64,000 nucleotides of DNA from an uncultured Chloroflexia bacterium. Its GTDB lineage: Bacteria > Chloroflexota > Dehalococcoidia > DSTF01 > JALHUB01. Shown one piece after another: positions 10,364 through 20,298 of this stretch. The DNA lies in NCBI GenBank assembly GCA_963703345.1, contig OY969814.1, forward strand, positions 2,208,001 to 2,272,000. Direction: 5' to 3'. The notes beneath the pieces are model-generated. The model was not told where the DNA came from. It saw nothing but the letters and a program-made list of their open reading frames with translations, and did not search any database. The first letter of the stretch is position 1; every line of letters begins with the position of its first letter. Made by a program: the position numbers and the translations under genes.

Positions 10364-11698
10364 CTACAGGATTGGCAAATAGCGCTCCAGCTCGTAGTCC
10401 GTAACCTTCGTCCGGTACTGGTCCCACTCCATCTTCTTGTTGGCGATGAGCGAGGTGAAGACGTGGTCGCCGAGGCAACGGCGCACCAGCTCGCTTCCTT
10501 CCGTCACCTCTATCGCCTCGTCCAGGCTGCCCGGCAGCACGTCGATTCCACGCGCCTTGCGCTCGTCTTCCGTCAGGTGGAAGACGTTCTCCTCCACCGG
10601 CTCTCCGAGCACGTACTCCTTCTCCATTCCCTCCAGGCCGGCCGCCAGCATAACCGAGAAGCACAGGTAGGGGTTGCAGGCCGGGTCCGGCGAGCGGTAC
10701 TCGATGCGCGTCGCCATCTCCTTGCCCGGCTTGTACTCGGGCACGCGCACCATGTCCGAGCGGTTGCGCCGCGCCCAGGTGATGTAGCAGGGGGCCTCGT
10801 AGCCGGGCACCAGGCGCTTGTAGGAGTTCACCCACTGGTTGGTGACGAGGGTGATCTCGCGCGCATGGTGCAGCAGTCCGGCGATGTAGCACTTGGCAAT
10901 CTTCGAGAGGTGGTACTTGTCGCCCTCTTCGAAGAAGGCGTTGCTCTTGCCCTTGAACAGCGACTGGTGGACGTGCATGCCGGAGCCGTTCTGCCCGGCG
11001 ATCGGCTTCGGCATGAAGGTCGCGTAGACGCCGTGCGCGAGCGCCACTTCCTTGACGACGAGGCGGTAGGTCATTGCACTGTCCGCCATCGTCAGGGCGT
11101 CCGTGTAGCGAAGGTCGATCTCGTGCTGGCTGGGCGCGACCTCGTGGTGGGAGTACTCGACGCCGATGCCCATCGCCTCCATGTAGAGGATGGTGTCGCG
11201 GCGGAGGTCGGTGGCGACGTCGAGGGGCGTGAGGTCGAAGTAGCCGCCCTGGTCGAGCGGTTGCGGGGAATCGGCGCTCTTGAAGTAGAAGTACTCGAGC
11301 TCCGGCCCCACGTAGTAGGTGAAGCCGAGGTCGGCGGCGCGCTTGATGTTCCGCTTCAGGACGTAGCGGGGGTCGCCGTCGAAGGGCGTGCCGTCGGGAC
11401 GAATGACGTCGCAGAACATGCGCGCGGCGCCCTGCTCGCGCGGCCGCCAGGGGATGACACTGAACGTCGCCGGGTCGGGCATGGCCAACATGTCGCTCTC
11501 GTCGATTCGTGCGAACCCCTCGATCGAAGACCCGTCGAAGCCCATCCCTTCCTCCAGGGCCCCCTCGAGCTCCTCGACCGTTATCGTGAAGCTCTTGAGC
11601 GAACCCAGGATGTCGGTGAACCAGAGGCGGATGAACTTTATGCCCTGCGCCTTGCAGGTCTGGAGGACGTAGTCTTTGTCTTTGCCGCTAGTGGCCAT
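10364..11698 (-). CDS. glnA: Glutamine synthetase type I
   Basis: FDGSSIEG, GPELEYF, HHEVAPSQHE, FMPKP..GQNGSGMH, KRLVPGYEAP, RIEYRSPDP. Confidence 0.97.
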   Translation of the reverse strand: MATSGKDKDYVLQTCKAQGIKFIRLWFTDILGSLKSFTITVEELEGALEEGMGFDGSSIEGFARIDESDMLAMPDPATFSVIPWRPREQGAARMFCDVIRPDGTPFDGDPRYVLKRNIKRAADLGFTYYVGPELEYFYFKSADSPQPLDQGGYFDLTPLDVATDLRRDTILYMEAMGIGVEYSHHEVAPSQHEIDLRYTDALTMADSAMTYRLVVKEVALAHGVYATFMPKPIAGQNGSGMHVHQSLFKGKSNAFFEEGDKYHLSKIAKCYIAGLLHHAREITLVTNQWVNSYKRLVPGYEAPCYITWARRNRSDMVRVPEYKPGKEMATRIEYRSPDPACNPYLCFSVMLAAGLEGMEKEYVLGEPVEENVFHLTEDERKARGIDVLPGSLDEAIEVTEGSELVRRCLGDHVFTSLIANKKMEWDQYRTKVTDYELERYLPIL

Positions 11699-11755
11699 TC
11701 TTTTCTCCTTCCGATAACATCTTTTGTTGGCTAAGGCGTCGCGACGCGGCGCCTG

Positions 11756-13081
11756 TCACTTACCGGCGGGCCGGTTGCCTTCAGGTTTGGTGGCTCCGGA
11801 CGACCGCGGAACTGTGAGCTCCGCCATCTGCACGACGCTCAGACCCTGGTACACGTAGGCGCGCTCTCCGTGCTGCGACAGGTCGAGCCCCACCTTCTCT
11901 TCTTCTTCGGAGACTCTCAGCCCGAACAGGAAGTCGAGCACATACAGGATCGCGAGCGTTGCGACAAGAGAATAGCCCAGAGTGACTGCGACGGCAAGCG
12001 CCTGCGCGCCGAACAGTCCCGCGCCGCCGTGAATCAGACCGTTCGCGCCCGCCGCGTTCACGGCGACGGTCGCGAAGAGACCCGTGGCCAGCATGCCCCA
12101 GGCGCCGCCGACGCCGTGGACCCCGACGACGTCCAGCGAGTCGTCCAGATGCAGCACGTGGCGCATCTGCACGGCCAGGTAGCAGAATGCACCCGCGCCG
12201 ACACCTATGGCGATAGCGGGGCCGACGTCGACGAAGCCGCACGCCGGCGTGATTGCCGCCAGACCGGCCACGGCGCCCGCGCCCACGCCCAGAACGCTCG
12301 CCTTCTTCGTCTGCCACCAGCCAAGCAGCAGCCAGGTCAGCGCGCCGGCGGTCGCGGAGACGTGCGTGACGACGAGGGCGTTTACGGCCAGCCCGTTGGC
12401 GGCCAGGGCGCTGCCGGCATTGAAGCCGAACCAGCCGAACCAGAGCAAGGCGACGCCCAGCATCATCATCGATACGTCATGCGGCTCCAACGCCTCCTTG
12501 CCGTACTCCAGGCGCCGCCCGTACATGATCGCGGCGACGAGCGCGGCGATGCCTGCGTTGACATGCACGACCGAACCGCCCGCGAAGTCGAGCGTGCCGA
12601 AGTCCCGCAGCCAGCCGCCCGGCGCCCACACCCAGTGCGCTATCGGCGCGTAGACCAACAGCGACCAGGCCGCCATGAAGAGCAGGAAGGTGCTGAACTT
12701 GGCTCGCTCCGCGAAGGCGCCGGTTATCAGGGCGGGGGTGATTATCGCGAACATCATCTGGAAGACCATGAAGGCTTCGTGCGGTATGGTGGAAGAGTAA
12801 TCGGGGTTCGGCGATTGGCCGACGTGTCGCAGGAACGTCCAGTCGAAGCCGCCGATGAGACCCCAGTGATCGGGGCCGAACGCCAGGCTGTAGCCGACCA
12901 CGACCCACAGCAAGCTGACGATCGCTATGACGACGAAGCTGTGCATGATTGTGCCGAGAACGTTCTTCTCGCGCACCAATCCGCCGTAAAAGAAGGCCAG
13001 GCCCGGCGTCATGAGCATGACTAGAGCCGCGGATATGAGGACCCAGGCAGTGTCACCGGCGTTGATGACGTTTGTGGGCAT
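11756..13081 (-). CDS. amtB: Ammonium transporter (copy 1)
   Basis: MTPGLAFFYGG, FQMMFA, DFAGGSVVH, WFGWFGFN, DDSLDVVGVHG; ATG at 13081 with GGAGG upstream. Confidence 0.96.
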   Translation of the reverse strand: MPTNVINAGDTAWVLISAALVMLMTPGLAFFYGGLVREKNVLGTIMHSFVVIAIVSLLWVVVGYSLAFGPDHWGLIGGFDWTFLRHVGQSPNPDYSSTIPHEAFMVFQMMFAIITPALITGAFAERAKFSTFLLFMAAWSLLVYAPIAHWVWAPGGWLRDFGTLDFAGGSVVHVNAGIAALVAAIMYGRRLEYGKEALEPHDVSMMMLGVALLWFGWFGFNAGSALAANGLAVNALVVTHVSATAGALTWLLLGWWQTKKASVLGVGAGAVAGLAAITPACGFVDVGPAIAIGVGAGAFCYLAVQMRHVLHLDDSLDVVGVHGVGGAWGMLATGLFATVAVNAAGANGLIHGGAGLFGAQALAVAVTLGYSLVATLAILYVLDFLFGLRVSEEEEKVGLDLSQHGERAYVYQGLSVVQMAELTVPRSSGATKPEGNRPAGK

Positions 13082-13133
13082 GGTCCTCCACCTCCTCAGG
13101 AACGAATCCCTGCTCGGAGTGTAGAGGCCCTCT

Positions 13134-13171
13134 GTTACAATTGCGTTACAATCGGATGACGATGCGGTTAC
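13134..13171 (-). promoter_or_regulatory. Putative GlnR box array upstream of amtB copy 1
   Basis: Minus strand GTAAC-n6-GTCAT-n6-GTAAC-n6-GTAAC (exact 11-bp period), followed by a TACACT -10-like hexamer. Confidence 0.7.
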
Positions 13172-13278
13172 GAGGGTGAAATGGGTCACAATGATCCCTC
13201 CGCCGCGTTCCATGCCGCTGCAGCTTCACGTCGGCGCTCTATCCTTCAAAGCGCCGTTGGTCGGATGCTGTCGTTACG

Positions 13279-14646
13279 CTACAAGCCGGGTTTCCGGCCG
13301 ATCTCCGTCTCTACCTTCCTTCCGACGCCCGTCGCCGGCACCTGCCCGTTGCTGGCAGCGCCGCGAGGTCGCGGGAGGGTGAGGTCCGCCACTTTCAGCA
13401 CGCTCAGTCCCTGATAGGCATAGGCGCGCTCTCCGTGCTGCGACAGGTCGAGACCCATCTCTTCTTCTTCCTCCGAGACCCGCAGCCCCAGCAGGAGGTC
13501 GATGACGCGCAGGATTACGAACGTCGCCACGAGCGAGTAGCCGAGCGTTACGCCGACCGCCACTGCCTGGGCGCCCAACTGGCCGGGGTTGCCGTGAATA
13601 AGGCCGTTCGCGCCCGCCGCGTTCACCGCGACGGTGGCGAAGATGCCGGTGGCGAGGGCGCCCCAGATGCCGCCGACGCCATGGACCCCCACGACGTCCA
13701 GCGTGTCGTCGAGATGCAGCAGGTGGCGCGCCTGCACAGCGAGGTAACAGAACGTGCCCGCGCCGATTCCGATCACGATTGCGGGACCAACGTCAACAAA
13801 ACCCGAGGCCGGCGTAATCGCCACCAGCCCGGCCACGGCGCCCGCCCCCGCGCCCAGAACGCTGGCCTTCTTAGTCTGCCACCAGCCAATCAGCAGCCAC
13901 GTCAGCGCGCCGGTCGCGGCCGCGACGTGCGTCACGACCAGCGCGTTAACCGCAAGACCGTTGGCCGCAAGAGCGCTGCCGGCGTTGAAGCCGAACCAGC
14001 CGAACCAGAGCAGCGCTACACCAAGCATCATCATCGATACGTCATGCGGCTCCAACGCCTCCTTGCCGTACTCCAGGCGCCGCCCGTACATGATCGCGGC
14101 GACGAGCGCGGCGATGCCAGCGTTTACGTGCACAACCGTCCCGCCCGCAAAGTCAAGCGTGCCCAGACTTCGCAGCCAGCCGCCCGGCGCCCATACCCAG
14201 TGGGCTATCGGCGCGTAGACAAGGAGCGACCAGGCCGCCATGAAGAGAAGGAAGGTGCTGAACTTGGCTCGCTCCGCGAAGGCGCCGGTTATCAGGGCGG
14301 GGGTGATTATCGCGAACATCATCTGGAAGACCATGAACGCTTCATGCGGTATGGTCGAAGAGTAGTCGGGGTTCGGCGCTTGGCCAACGTGCCGCAGGAA
14401 CGTCCAGTCGAAGCCGCCAATGAGGCCCCAGTGGTCCGGACCAAAGGCTAGGCTGTAGCCGACCACTACCCACAGGAGGCTGACGATCGCTATAACGACG
14501 AAGCTGTGCATTATGGTGCCGAGAACGTTCTTCTCGCGCACGAGGCCGCCATAGAAGAAGGCGAGGCCCGGCGTCATGAGCATGACGAGGGCGGCGGAAA
14601 TCAGTACCCAGGCGGTATCTCCGGGATTGATTGCGTCGGTTGGCAT
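13279..14646 (-). CDS. amtB: Ammonium transporter (copy 2)
   Basis: Same Amt motifs (DFAGGTVVH, VGVHG); close paralog of copy 1. Confidence 0.96.
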   Translation of the reverse strand: MPTDAINPGDTAWVLISAALVMLMTPGLAFFYGGLVREKNVLGTIMHSFVVIAIVSLLWVVVGYSLAFGPDHWGLIGGFDWTFLRHVGQAPNPDYSSTIPHEAFMVFQMMFAIITPALITGAFAERAKFSTFLLFMAAWSLLVYAPIAHWVWAPGGWLRSLGTLDFAGGTVVHVNAGIAALVAAIMYGRRLEYGKEALEPHDVSMMMLGVALLWFGWFGFNAGSALAANGLAVNALVVTHVAAATGALTWLLIGWWQTKKASVLGAGAGAVAGLVAITPASGFVDVGPAIVIGIGAGTFCYLAVQARHLLHLDDTLDVVGVHGVGGIWGALATGIFATVAVNAAGANGLIHGNPGQLGAQAVAVGVTLGYSLVATFVILRVIDLLLGLRVSEEEEEMGLDLSQHGERAYAYQGLSVLKVADLTLPRPRGAASNGQVPATGVGRKVETEIGRKPGL

Positions 14647-14698
14647 GGCCGTCCTCCTGCTCAGCGATGTCCCTATACCCTGAGTCTAGAGGACGCGT

Positions 14699-14736
14699 GT
14701 TGCCGTCGTATTACGCGGCGATGAATTTGCAGTTAC
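14699..14736 (-). promoter_or_regulatory. Putative GlnR box array upstream of amtB copy 2
   Basis: Minus strand GTAAC-n6-TTCAT-n6-GTAAT-n6-GCAAC, same spacing to a TAGACT -10-like hexamer as in copy 1. Confidence 0.6.
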
Positions 14737-15401
14737 GAAGGGGGATCGGAAGATGGGCAGAAGCGGTAGCCGACGTTGCGCACGGTCTCGACGAAAGTGT
14801 GGCCGCCGCGCTCGATCTTGCTGCGCAGCCGCCTGATGTGGACGTCAACGGTGCGCGCGCCGCCGAAGTAGTCGTAGCCCCAGACTTTGTCCAGCAGCGC
14901 CTCCCGCGTGTAGACACGGTCCGGGTTGGTGGCGAGAAAGCGGAGCAACTCGTACTCCTTGAACGTCAGCTCCACGAGCACGCCATCGACGAAGACGCGG
15001 TAGCCGGCGAGGTCGATCGATAGCGCGCCCTGGCGCAAAACGTCCGGCGAGTCGATAAGGCCGTGGCGGTCCAGCATCCGACGAAGTCGCACGGTCAGCT
15101 CGTTCGGCCGCAGCGGCAGGAGCGCGAACTCATCGACGGCCGGGTCGAGACGGGAGACAAGCGCCCGGGGGAGAAGTAGCGCCAGGACGGGCGTCCTATC
15201 CGCGCCGTCCGCAGGTCCCGCCAGATTGCCGAGCCCTTCGCCTTCGGAAAGGTCGACGACGATGGCCGCCGGCGTCGAGAGGTCAAGAACCTGAGCAGCG
15301 TCGGCGCGGGCGCGGACCGTCACCTGATAGCCGGCGTCCGCCAGCTCCCGCGCGAACCCCTTCGCCTGGTCTCCGTCGCCGATAACGAGTATTGCCTGCA
15401 T
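14733..15401 (-). CDS. glnR: OmpR-family regulator with atypical receiver domain, GlnR-like
   Basis: LTFKEYELL...VWGYDYFGGARTVDVHIRRLRSK winged helix; degenerate receiver; next to amtB/glnA; start set to ATG 15401. Confidence 0.8.
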   Translation of the reverse strand: MQAILVIGDGDQAKGFARELADAGYQVTVRARADAAQVLDLSTPAAIVVDLSEGEGLGNLAGPADGADRTPVLALLLPRALVSRLDPAVDEFALLPLRPNELTVRLRRMLDRHGLIDSPDVLRQGALSIDLAGYRVFVDGVLVELTFKEYELLRFLATNPDRVYTREALLDKVWGYDYFGGARTVDVHIRRLRSKIERGGHTFVETVRNVGYRFCPSSDPPS

Positions 15402-15527
15402 CAACCGTCCTGGTGAATTGTCGGACCGGCATAACACTACCGCAATGGCGCCGATAGTTCGAGTCCCCTCCGAAGGCGCCGCTCCGCCGCACGATTGAAA
15501 CGTGACCTGGAATTCCGCTGAGCAGGC

Positions 15528-15562
15528 TTGACAATGACAGGAAATCACGATACAGTCGTGAT
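15528..15562 (+). promoter_or_regulatory. Sigma70-type promoter with overlapping palindromic operator for padR operon
   Basis: TTGACA(15528)-17 bp-TACAGT(15551); perfect inverted repeat ATCACGA-n5-TCGTGAT at 15544-15562. Confidence 0.65.
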
Positions 15563-15599
15563 ATGACGTTGTATATCGAGATACAGAAGGAGAACAGTC

Positions 15600-16118
15600 A
15601 TGCAACGACCTCCCTGGTTTGACTTCGAACGACTTCACGGTCGCCTTTTCGAGAAAGGGGACCTCAAGTACGTGATCCTGCAGTTGCTCAGCGAGCGCCC
15701 GGCCCACGGCTACGAAGTGATCAAGGCGCTGGAAGAGCGCTTCGGCGGGATGTACACGCCCAGCGCCGGCGCCGTCTACCCGACGCTCCAGATGCTGGAA
15801 GACATGGGGTACGTAACGTCGGCGGCGCAGGACGGCAAGCGAGTCTACTCGATCGCGGATGAGGGGAAGACCTTCTTGGAAGAGCAGAAGGAGACCGTCG
15901 AAGGCATACGGCAGCGCACAAGCGCCTGGTGGAACCCGCACCTGCGCGGCGAGCTGCACGACATGAAGCACGAGTTGCGCGATCTGGCAGGACTGATATT
16001 CCGTCGCGGCGGAAAGCCCCTCGGCAACCCGGAGACGATCAAACGTGTGCGCGCGGTCATCGAGAACGCCCGCAAGGAGATCGAGTCCATTCTCCGCGGA
16101 CAGGACGCCGGTCAGTAG
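15600..16118 (+). CDS. PadR-family transcriptional regulator
   Basis: LL.ERPAHGYEVI, PSAGAVYPTLQML, KRVYSI. Confidence 0.92.
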   Translation: MQRPPWFDFERLHGRLFEKGDLKYVILQLLSERPAHGYEVIKALEERFGGMYTPSAGAVYPTLQMLEDMGYVTSAAQDGKRVYSIADEGKTFLEEQKETVEGIRQRTSAWWNPHLRGELHDMKHELRDLAGLIFRRGGKPLGNPETIKRVRAVIENARKEIESILRGQDAGQ

Positions 16119-16160
16119 CCGCGGCTTCGCTTAAACTGAGAAGGCGTTATAATAGATTCG

Positions 16161-17141
16161 ATGCTTTCTGTTGAAGTTTCGGACCTTCGTAAGAATTTCG
16201 GCCCCATCGCGGCCGTCGACGGCGTCAGCTTCGAGGTAGAAGAGGGGGAGGTCTTCGGCTTCCTCGGCCCGAACGGCGCCGGCAAGACGACGACGATAAA
16301 CATCCTCTGCACGCTCCTGCGTCCTACGTCCGGCCGGGCGAGGGTGGCGGGCTACGACGTGCAGACGCAGCGAAACGCCGTCCGCCAGTCGATAGGCCTC
16401 GTCTTTCAGGATCCAAGCCTCGATGTCCAGTTGACGGGCCTGGAGAACCTGCGTTTCCACGCCCACGTCTACAACGTGCCCGGCAGCGAGCGAAACAGCC
16501 GCATCGAAGAGGTGCTGCGCGTCGTCGAGCTCTGGGACCGGCGCAACGCCGTCGTGAAGACGTACTCCGGCGGCATGAAGCGCCGGCTGGAGATTGCGCG
16601 CGGCCTAATCCACCATCCGCGCGTGCTCTTCCTGGACGAGCCGACCATCGGCCTCGACCCGCAGACGCGCGAACACATCTGGACGCACATCCTCCAGCTC
16701 CAGCGCGCGCATGGCATCACGCTCTTCATGACGACGCACTACATGGAGGAGGCGGAGCACTGCCGCCGCATCGCCGTCATCGACCGCGGCAAGATTGTGG
16801 CGCTGGACACGCCCGACGCGCTCAAGCGCATGGTCGGCTGCGACATCGTTAGCCTGCGGACGCCCGACAACGAGAAGGCGGCGGCCGACATCCGCGAGCG
16901 TTACGGCCTGGAGCCCCAGAGCCAGGACGGGCGGCTGCGACTGGAGGTGCCGAACGGCGCGGAGTTCATCCCGAAGGTCGTCCACGAGTTAGCGGTGCCT
17001 GTCGAATCGGTCGACCTTCACCGGCCGACGCTGGACGACGTTTTCTTGAAGCTTACCGGCCACGTGATCCGCGACGACGAAGCGGACCCGCTGGCCACCG
17101 CTCGCACGATGGGACGCATGTGGAGAGGAGGACGGCGCTAG
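16161..17141 (+). CDS. ABC exporter ATP-binding protein (DrrA-like)
   Basis: GPNGAGKTT, YSGGMKRRL, LFLDEPT, TTHYMEEA. Confidence 0.93.
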   Translation: MLSVEVSDLRKNFGPIAAVDGVSFEVEEGEVFGFLGPNGAGKTTTINILCTLLRPTSGRARVAGYDVQTQRNAVRQSIGLVFQDPSLDVQLTGLENLRFHAHVYNVPGSERNSRIEEVLRVVELWDRRNAVVKTYSGGMKRRLEIARGLIHHPRVLFLDEPTIGLDPQTREHIWTHILQLQRAHGITLFMTTHYMEEAEHCRRIAVIDRGKIVALDTPDALKRMVGCDIVSLRTPDNEKAAADIRERYGLEPQSQDGRLRLEVPNGAEFIPKVVHELAVPVESVDLHRPTLDDVFLKLTGHVIRDDEADPLATARTMGRMWRGGRR

Positions 17142-17142
17142 A

Positions 17143-17991
17143 ATGGCTACTTACGCACCAACCATGAACGGCCAGCCGGAGCGATACGCCGGCCTGGAGG
17201 CGAACCTCCGCGGCATCTACATAATCTGGTACCGGGACGTCCTCCGCTATTCTCGCGACCGGGCGCGGATCGTCGCTTCGCTGGGGCAGCCGCTCCTCTT
17301 CCTCATCGTCTTTGGCGCCGGCCTAAGCGCGTCGCTGGGAGCCGGACTGACGCAGCAGCTTGGCAACGTCTCTTACGTGCGCTTCCTCTACCCCGGCATC
17401 ATCTCGATGGCGGTCCTGTTCACCTCCATCTTCAGCGCCATGTCCATCGTCTGGGACCGGGAGTTCGGTTTCCTGCGGGAGCTGCTGGTCGCGCCCGTCA
17501 GCCGCGCGGCCGTCGTGCTGGGCAAAGCGCTGGGCGGCAGCACAATCGCCATGTTCCAGGGCGCGATCCTCATCATCCTGGCGCCCATCATCGGCATTGG
17601 GCTCAACCCGCTTCTCATAGTCGAGCTGCTGGCGCTGATGTTCCTCGTCGCCTTCGCCATCGCCTCCGTCGGCATCCTCATCGCGTCGCGGCTCCAGACC
17701 ATGGAGTCGTTCCAGATGATCATCAACTTCCTCGTGATGCCGATGTTCTTCCTGAGCGGCGCCTTCTTCCCGCTACGACAGCTCCCCCGCTGGATGGCGG
17801 TTGTGACGCGGCTGGACCCCGTGGCCTACGGCGTCGACCCGCTGCGACGCCTGCTGCTCGGCTCGAAGCTGGCGCCGGGGATTCAGATCGGCGGCCACCA
17901 CCTGGGGACGATGGAGGACATCGGCATCCTCGCCGTCTTCGCCGTCGTCATGCTGCTGCTGGCGATGCGTTCTTTCGAAACGACGGAGTAG
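17143..17991 (+). CDS. ABC-2 type permease (DrrB-like)
   Basis: WDREFGFLRELLVAPVSR, PMFFLSGAFFP; six hydrophobic segments. Confidence 0.92.
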   Translation: MATYAPTMNGQPERYAGLEANLRGIYIIWYRDVLRYSRDRARIVASLGQPLLFLIVFGAGLSASLGAGLTQQLGNVSYVRFLYPGIISMAVLFTSIFSAMSIVWDREFGFLRELLVAPVSRAAVVLGKALGGSTIAMFQGAILIILAPIIGIGLNPLLIVELLALMFLVAFAIASVGILIASRLQTMESFQMIINFLVMPMFFLSGAFFPLRQLPRWMAVVTRLDPVAYGVDPLRRLLLGSKLAPGIQIGGHHLGTMEDIGILAVFAVVMLLLAMRSFETTE

Positions 17992-18003
17992 ACGGGCAGG
18001 CCG

Positions 18004-20298
18004 TCACTCCTTCTTCTTCCGCCTTCTCTTGGGCTTCTCCGCTGCCAGCCGCTCCAGGTTGCGGCGGGCGATCTCAGCGCCCGGGCTGCCGAGCGCTTCG
18101 AAGATGGCAAGCGCCTCCTGGTATAGCCCGCGGGCAGCCGGGATGTCGCCCTCCGCCTCAGCCACGCTGCCAAGCTGGTGCTTGCTCTGGGCAATACCCA
18201 GGCGGTCCCCCAGATCCTCCGCTATGGCCAGGCTCTCCTCGTAGAGGCGGCGGGCCTCAGCGTAGTCGCCCTGCTGATGGGCGAGCCATCCGAGCTGGTG
18301 CTTGGTATTGGCGATGCCGGAGCGGTCGCCCAGTTCCTCCTTTATGGCGAGGCTCCCCTCGTAGAGGCGGCGGGCCTCAGCGTAGTCGCCCTGCTGATGG
18401 GCGAGCCATCCGAGCTGGTGCTTGGTATTGGCGATGCCGGAGCGGTCGCCCAGTTCCTCCTTTATGGCGAGGCTCTCCTCGTAGAGGCGGCGGGCCTCAG
18501 CGTAGTCGCCCTCAAGCTGGGCAAGGATGCCGAGCTGATGTTTGGTTTGGGCGATGCCGGAGCGGTCTCCCAGTTCCTCCTTTGTGGCCAGGCTCTCCTG
18601 GTAGAGGCGACGGGCCTCAGCGTAGTCGCCCTCAAGCTGGGCAAGGATGCCGAGCTGATGTTTGGTTTGGGCGATGCCGGAGCGGTCTCCCAGTTCCTCT
18701 TTTGTGGCCAGGCTCTCCTGGTAGAGACGACGGGCCTCAGCGTAGTCGCCCTGCTGATGGGCGAGCCATCCGAGCTGGTGCTTGCTCTGGGCAATACCCA
18801 GGCGATTGCCTAGCTCTTCCTCAATGTCCAGGCTCTCCCCATAGAGGCGGCGGGCCTCGGCGTAGTCGCCCTGCTGCTGCGCCACCACTCCCAGGTTGTG
18901 GGACGAGTCGGCCAACAGAGAGCGGCTTCCGGCGCGCTCGGCTGCCTGATAGCCCCGCTCCAGCCGCTTCCTCCCCTCGCCCCACAGGCCGCGCAGGTCA
19001 AGATACTGCACGAGGGCGATGGCGAAGCAGGCCACCGTCTCCCACTCCTCCGCCTCCCAGCACCAGTCCATGGCGGCGAGAGCGTTTCCTATCTCCGCGT
19101 CAAGCCCGCCAAAGGTTGATGGGTCATACCCAAACAGCGTCACCAACGCCAAGTAGTAGGCAGCCGCCTTCTGGTAGGGCTCACGGCTCCTGCCCAGGTG
19201 ATCGCTCGCATAGCGGCGGACAAGCGGGTGGAGGGCGTAGCGTCCCTCCTCCTGCCGCAAGAGGGAGCGGCGCACTAGCCTGTCCATGCGCTGCGCGTCC
19301 GCGGCGGGCGCCACGGCCTGCAGCGCGGCCAGGTCGAAGCTGGGCCCACCGAAGACGCCGAGCATCGCGAACAGCCCGTGCTCTTCGCGTGACAGCCGCT
19401 TGTAGGCCGCGTCCAGCGAAACCCTGATAGCGCGCCCCTTGCGTCTCCTGCCCCTGAGCACGGACCACGGCGATCCCTTCAGGCCCTCGAGTATCTCCTG
19501 AGCGGAGGCATCCTCGAGCTGGGCTCCCGCAAGGGCGACGGCAAAGGGATGGCCGGCTAGGATCTCAACGATTTTGCGTGCGGGTTCCTGCTCATCCGCC
19601 CGCAGCGGTCTGATGGCGGTTCGGCGAAGTATCTCCAGGCACTGGTCGTCGGTCATGCGTGTCAATTCGACCGCCTGGGGGCCCCGCGGGCGGTGCTGGC
19701 TGGTGACCAGGGTAGCGCGGTGGCCCTCGCTGGCGAAGCGAGCGGAGGCGTCGGGGTTCTCGCAGTTGTCAAGGACGACCAGTATATTGCGCCCGCCGAT
19801 GGCCGTCCGCAGTGCGCCGACCCTGTCATCGTCGGACTTGGCTTGAGCAACCTCTGTGGTTCCAAGAGCGCTGCCAACTGTCTCGCACATGGCCCGCAGA
19901 TCCATGCCCGCCGCATCCACCCACCAGACGCCGTCCGGGAAGCGCTCCCTGATCTCCGGCCTGCCTGCGACCTGCATGGCAAGGGACGACTTGCCCATCC
20001 CCGGCTCGCCGAACGCGCATACAGCGTGACCGTCGAGGAGGAGGCCTGCTGCTTCGTCCTCTTTGTCCTGCCTGGGGACGTACTCCTCGGGCGGAGGAGG
20101 TGGAACAGTAGCGTCGGGGCTACGCGCCGGGGTGCCAGTCTTCGGTGATCCCCGGATTTTAGCCCAGGTGAAACCCACCACCGAGCCAAGGAGTCGGGCT
20201 ATGGGAGTGAACACGACTATTAAGACCAACGCTAGCGCCGCCAAGGCGCCTATGCCTAACCACCTCGGATCTGTCAGGCCTATCGCTAGCGGTTCCAT
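18004..20298 (-). CDS. Membrane-anchored STAND (NB-ARC-like) NTPase with C-terminal TPR repeats
   Basis: N-terminal TM helix, GEPGMGKS Walker A, LVVLDNCE Walker B, GHPFA (GxP), LHPLVR, seven 40-aa TPR units. Confidence 0.88.
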   Translation of the reverse strand: MEPLAIGLTDPRWLGIGALAALALVLIVVFTPIARLLGSVVGFTWAKIRGSPKTGTPARSPDATVPPPPPEEYVPRQDKEDEAAGLLLDGHAVCAFGEPGMGKSSLAMQVAGRPEIRERFPDGVWWVDAAGMDLRAMCETVGSALGTTEVAQAKSDDDRVGALRTAIGGRNILVVLDNCENPDASARFASEGHRATLVTSQHRPRGPQAVELTRMTDDQCLEILRRTAIRPLRADEQEPARKIVEILAGHPFAVALAGAQLEDASAQEILEGLKGSPWSVLRGRRRKGRAIRVSLDAAYKRLSREEHGLFAMLGVFGGPSFDLAALQAVAPAADAQRMDRLVRRSLLRQEEGRYALHPLVRRYASDHLGRSREPYQKAAAYYLALVTLFGYDPSTFGGLDAEIGNALAAMDWCWEAEEWETVACFAIALVQYLDLRGLWGEGRKRLERGYQAAERAGSRSLLADSSHNLGVVAQQQGDYAEARRLYGESLDIEEELGNRLGIAQSKHQLGWLAHQQGDYAEARRLYQESLATKEELGDRSGIAQTKHQLGILAQLEGDYAEARRLYQESLATKEELGDRSGIAQTKHQLGILAQLEGDYAEARRLYEESLAIKEELGDRSGIANTKHQLGWLAHQQGDYAEARRLYEGSLAIKEELGDRSGIANTKHQLGWLAHQQGDYAEARRLYEESLAIAEDLGDRLGIAQSKHQLGSVAEAEGDIPAARGLYQEALAIFEALGSPGAEIARRNLERLAAEKPKRRRKKKE
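18172..18875 (-). repeat. 120-bp tandem repeats encoding TPR units
   Basis: Near-identical 120-bp period visible in DNA (gtagaggcggcgggcctcagcgtagtcgcc...); boundaries approximate. Confidence 0.9.

Noticed and set aside
18172-18875. CRISPR or DGR interpretation of the 120-bp repeats
   Set aside because: Contiguous coding TPR units with no spacers, and no reverse transcriptase nearby.
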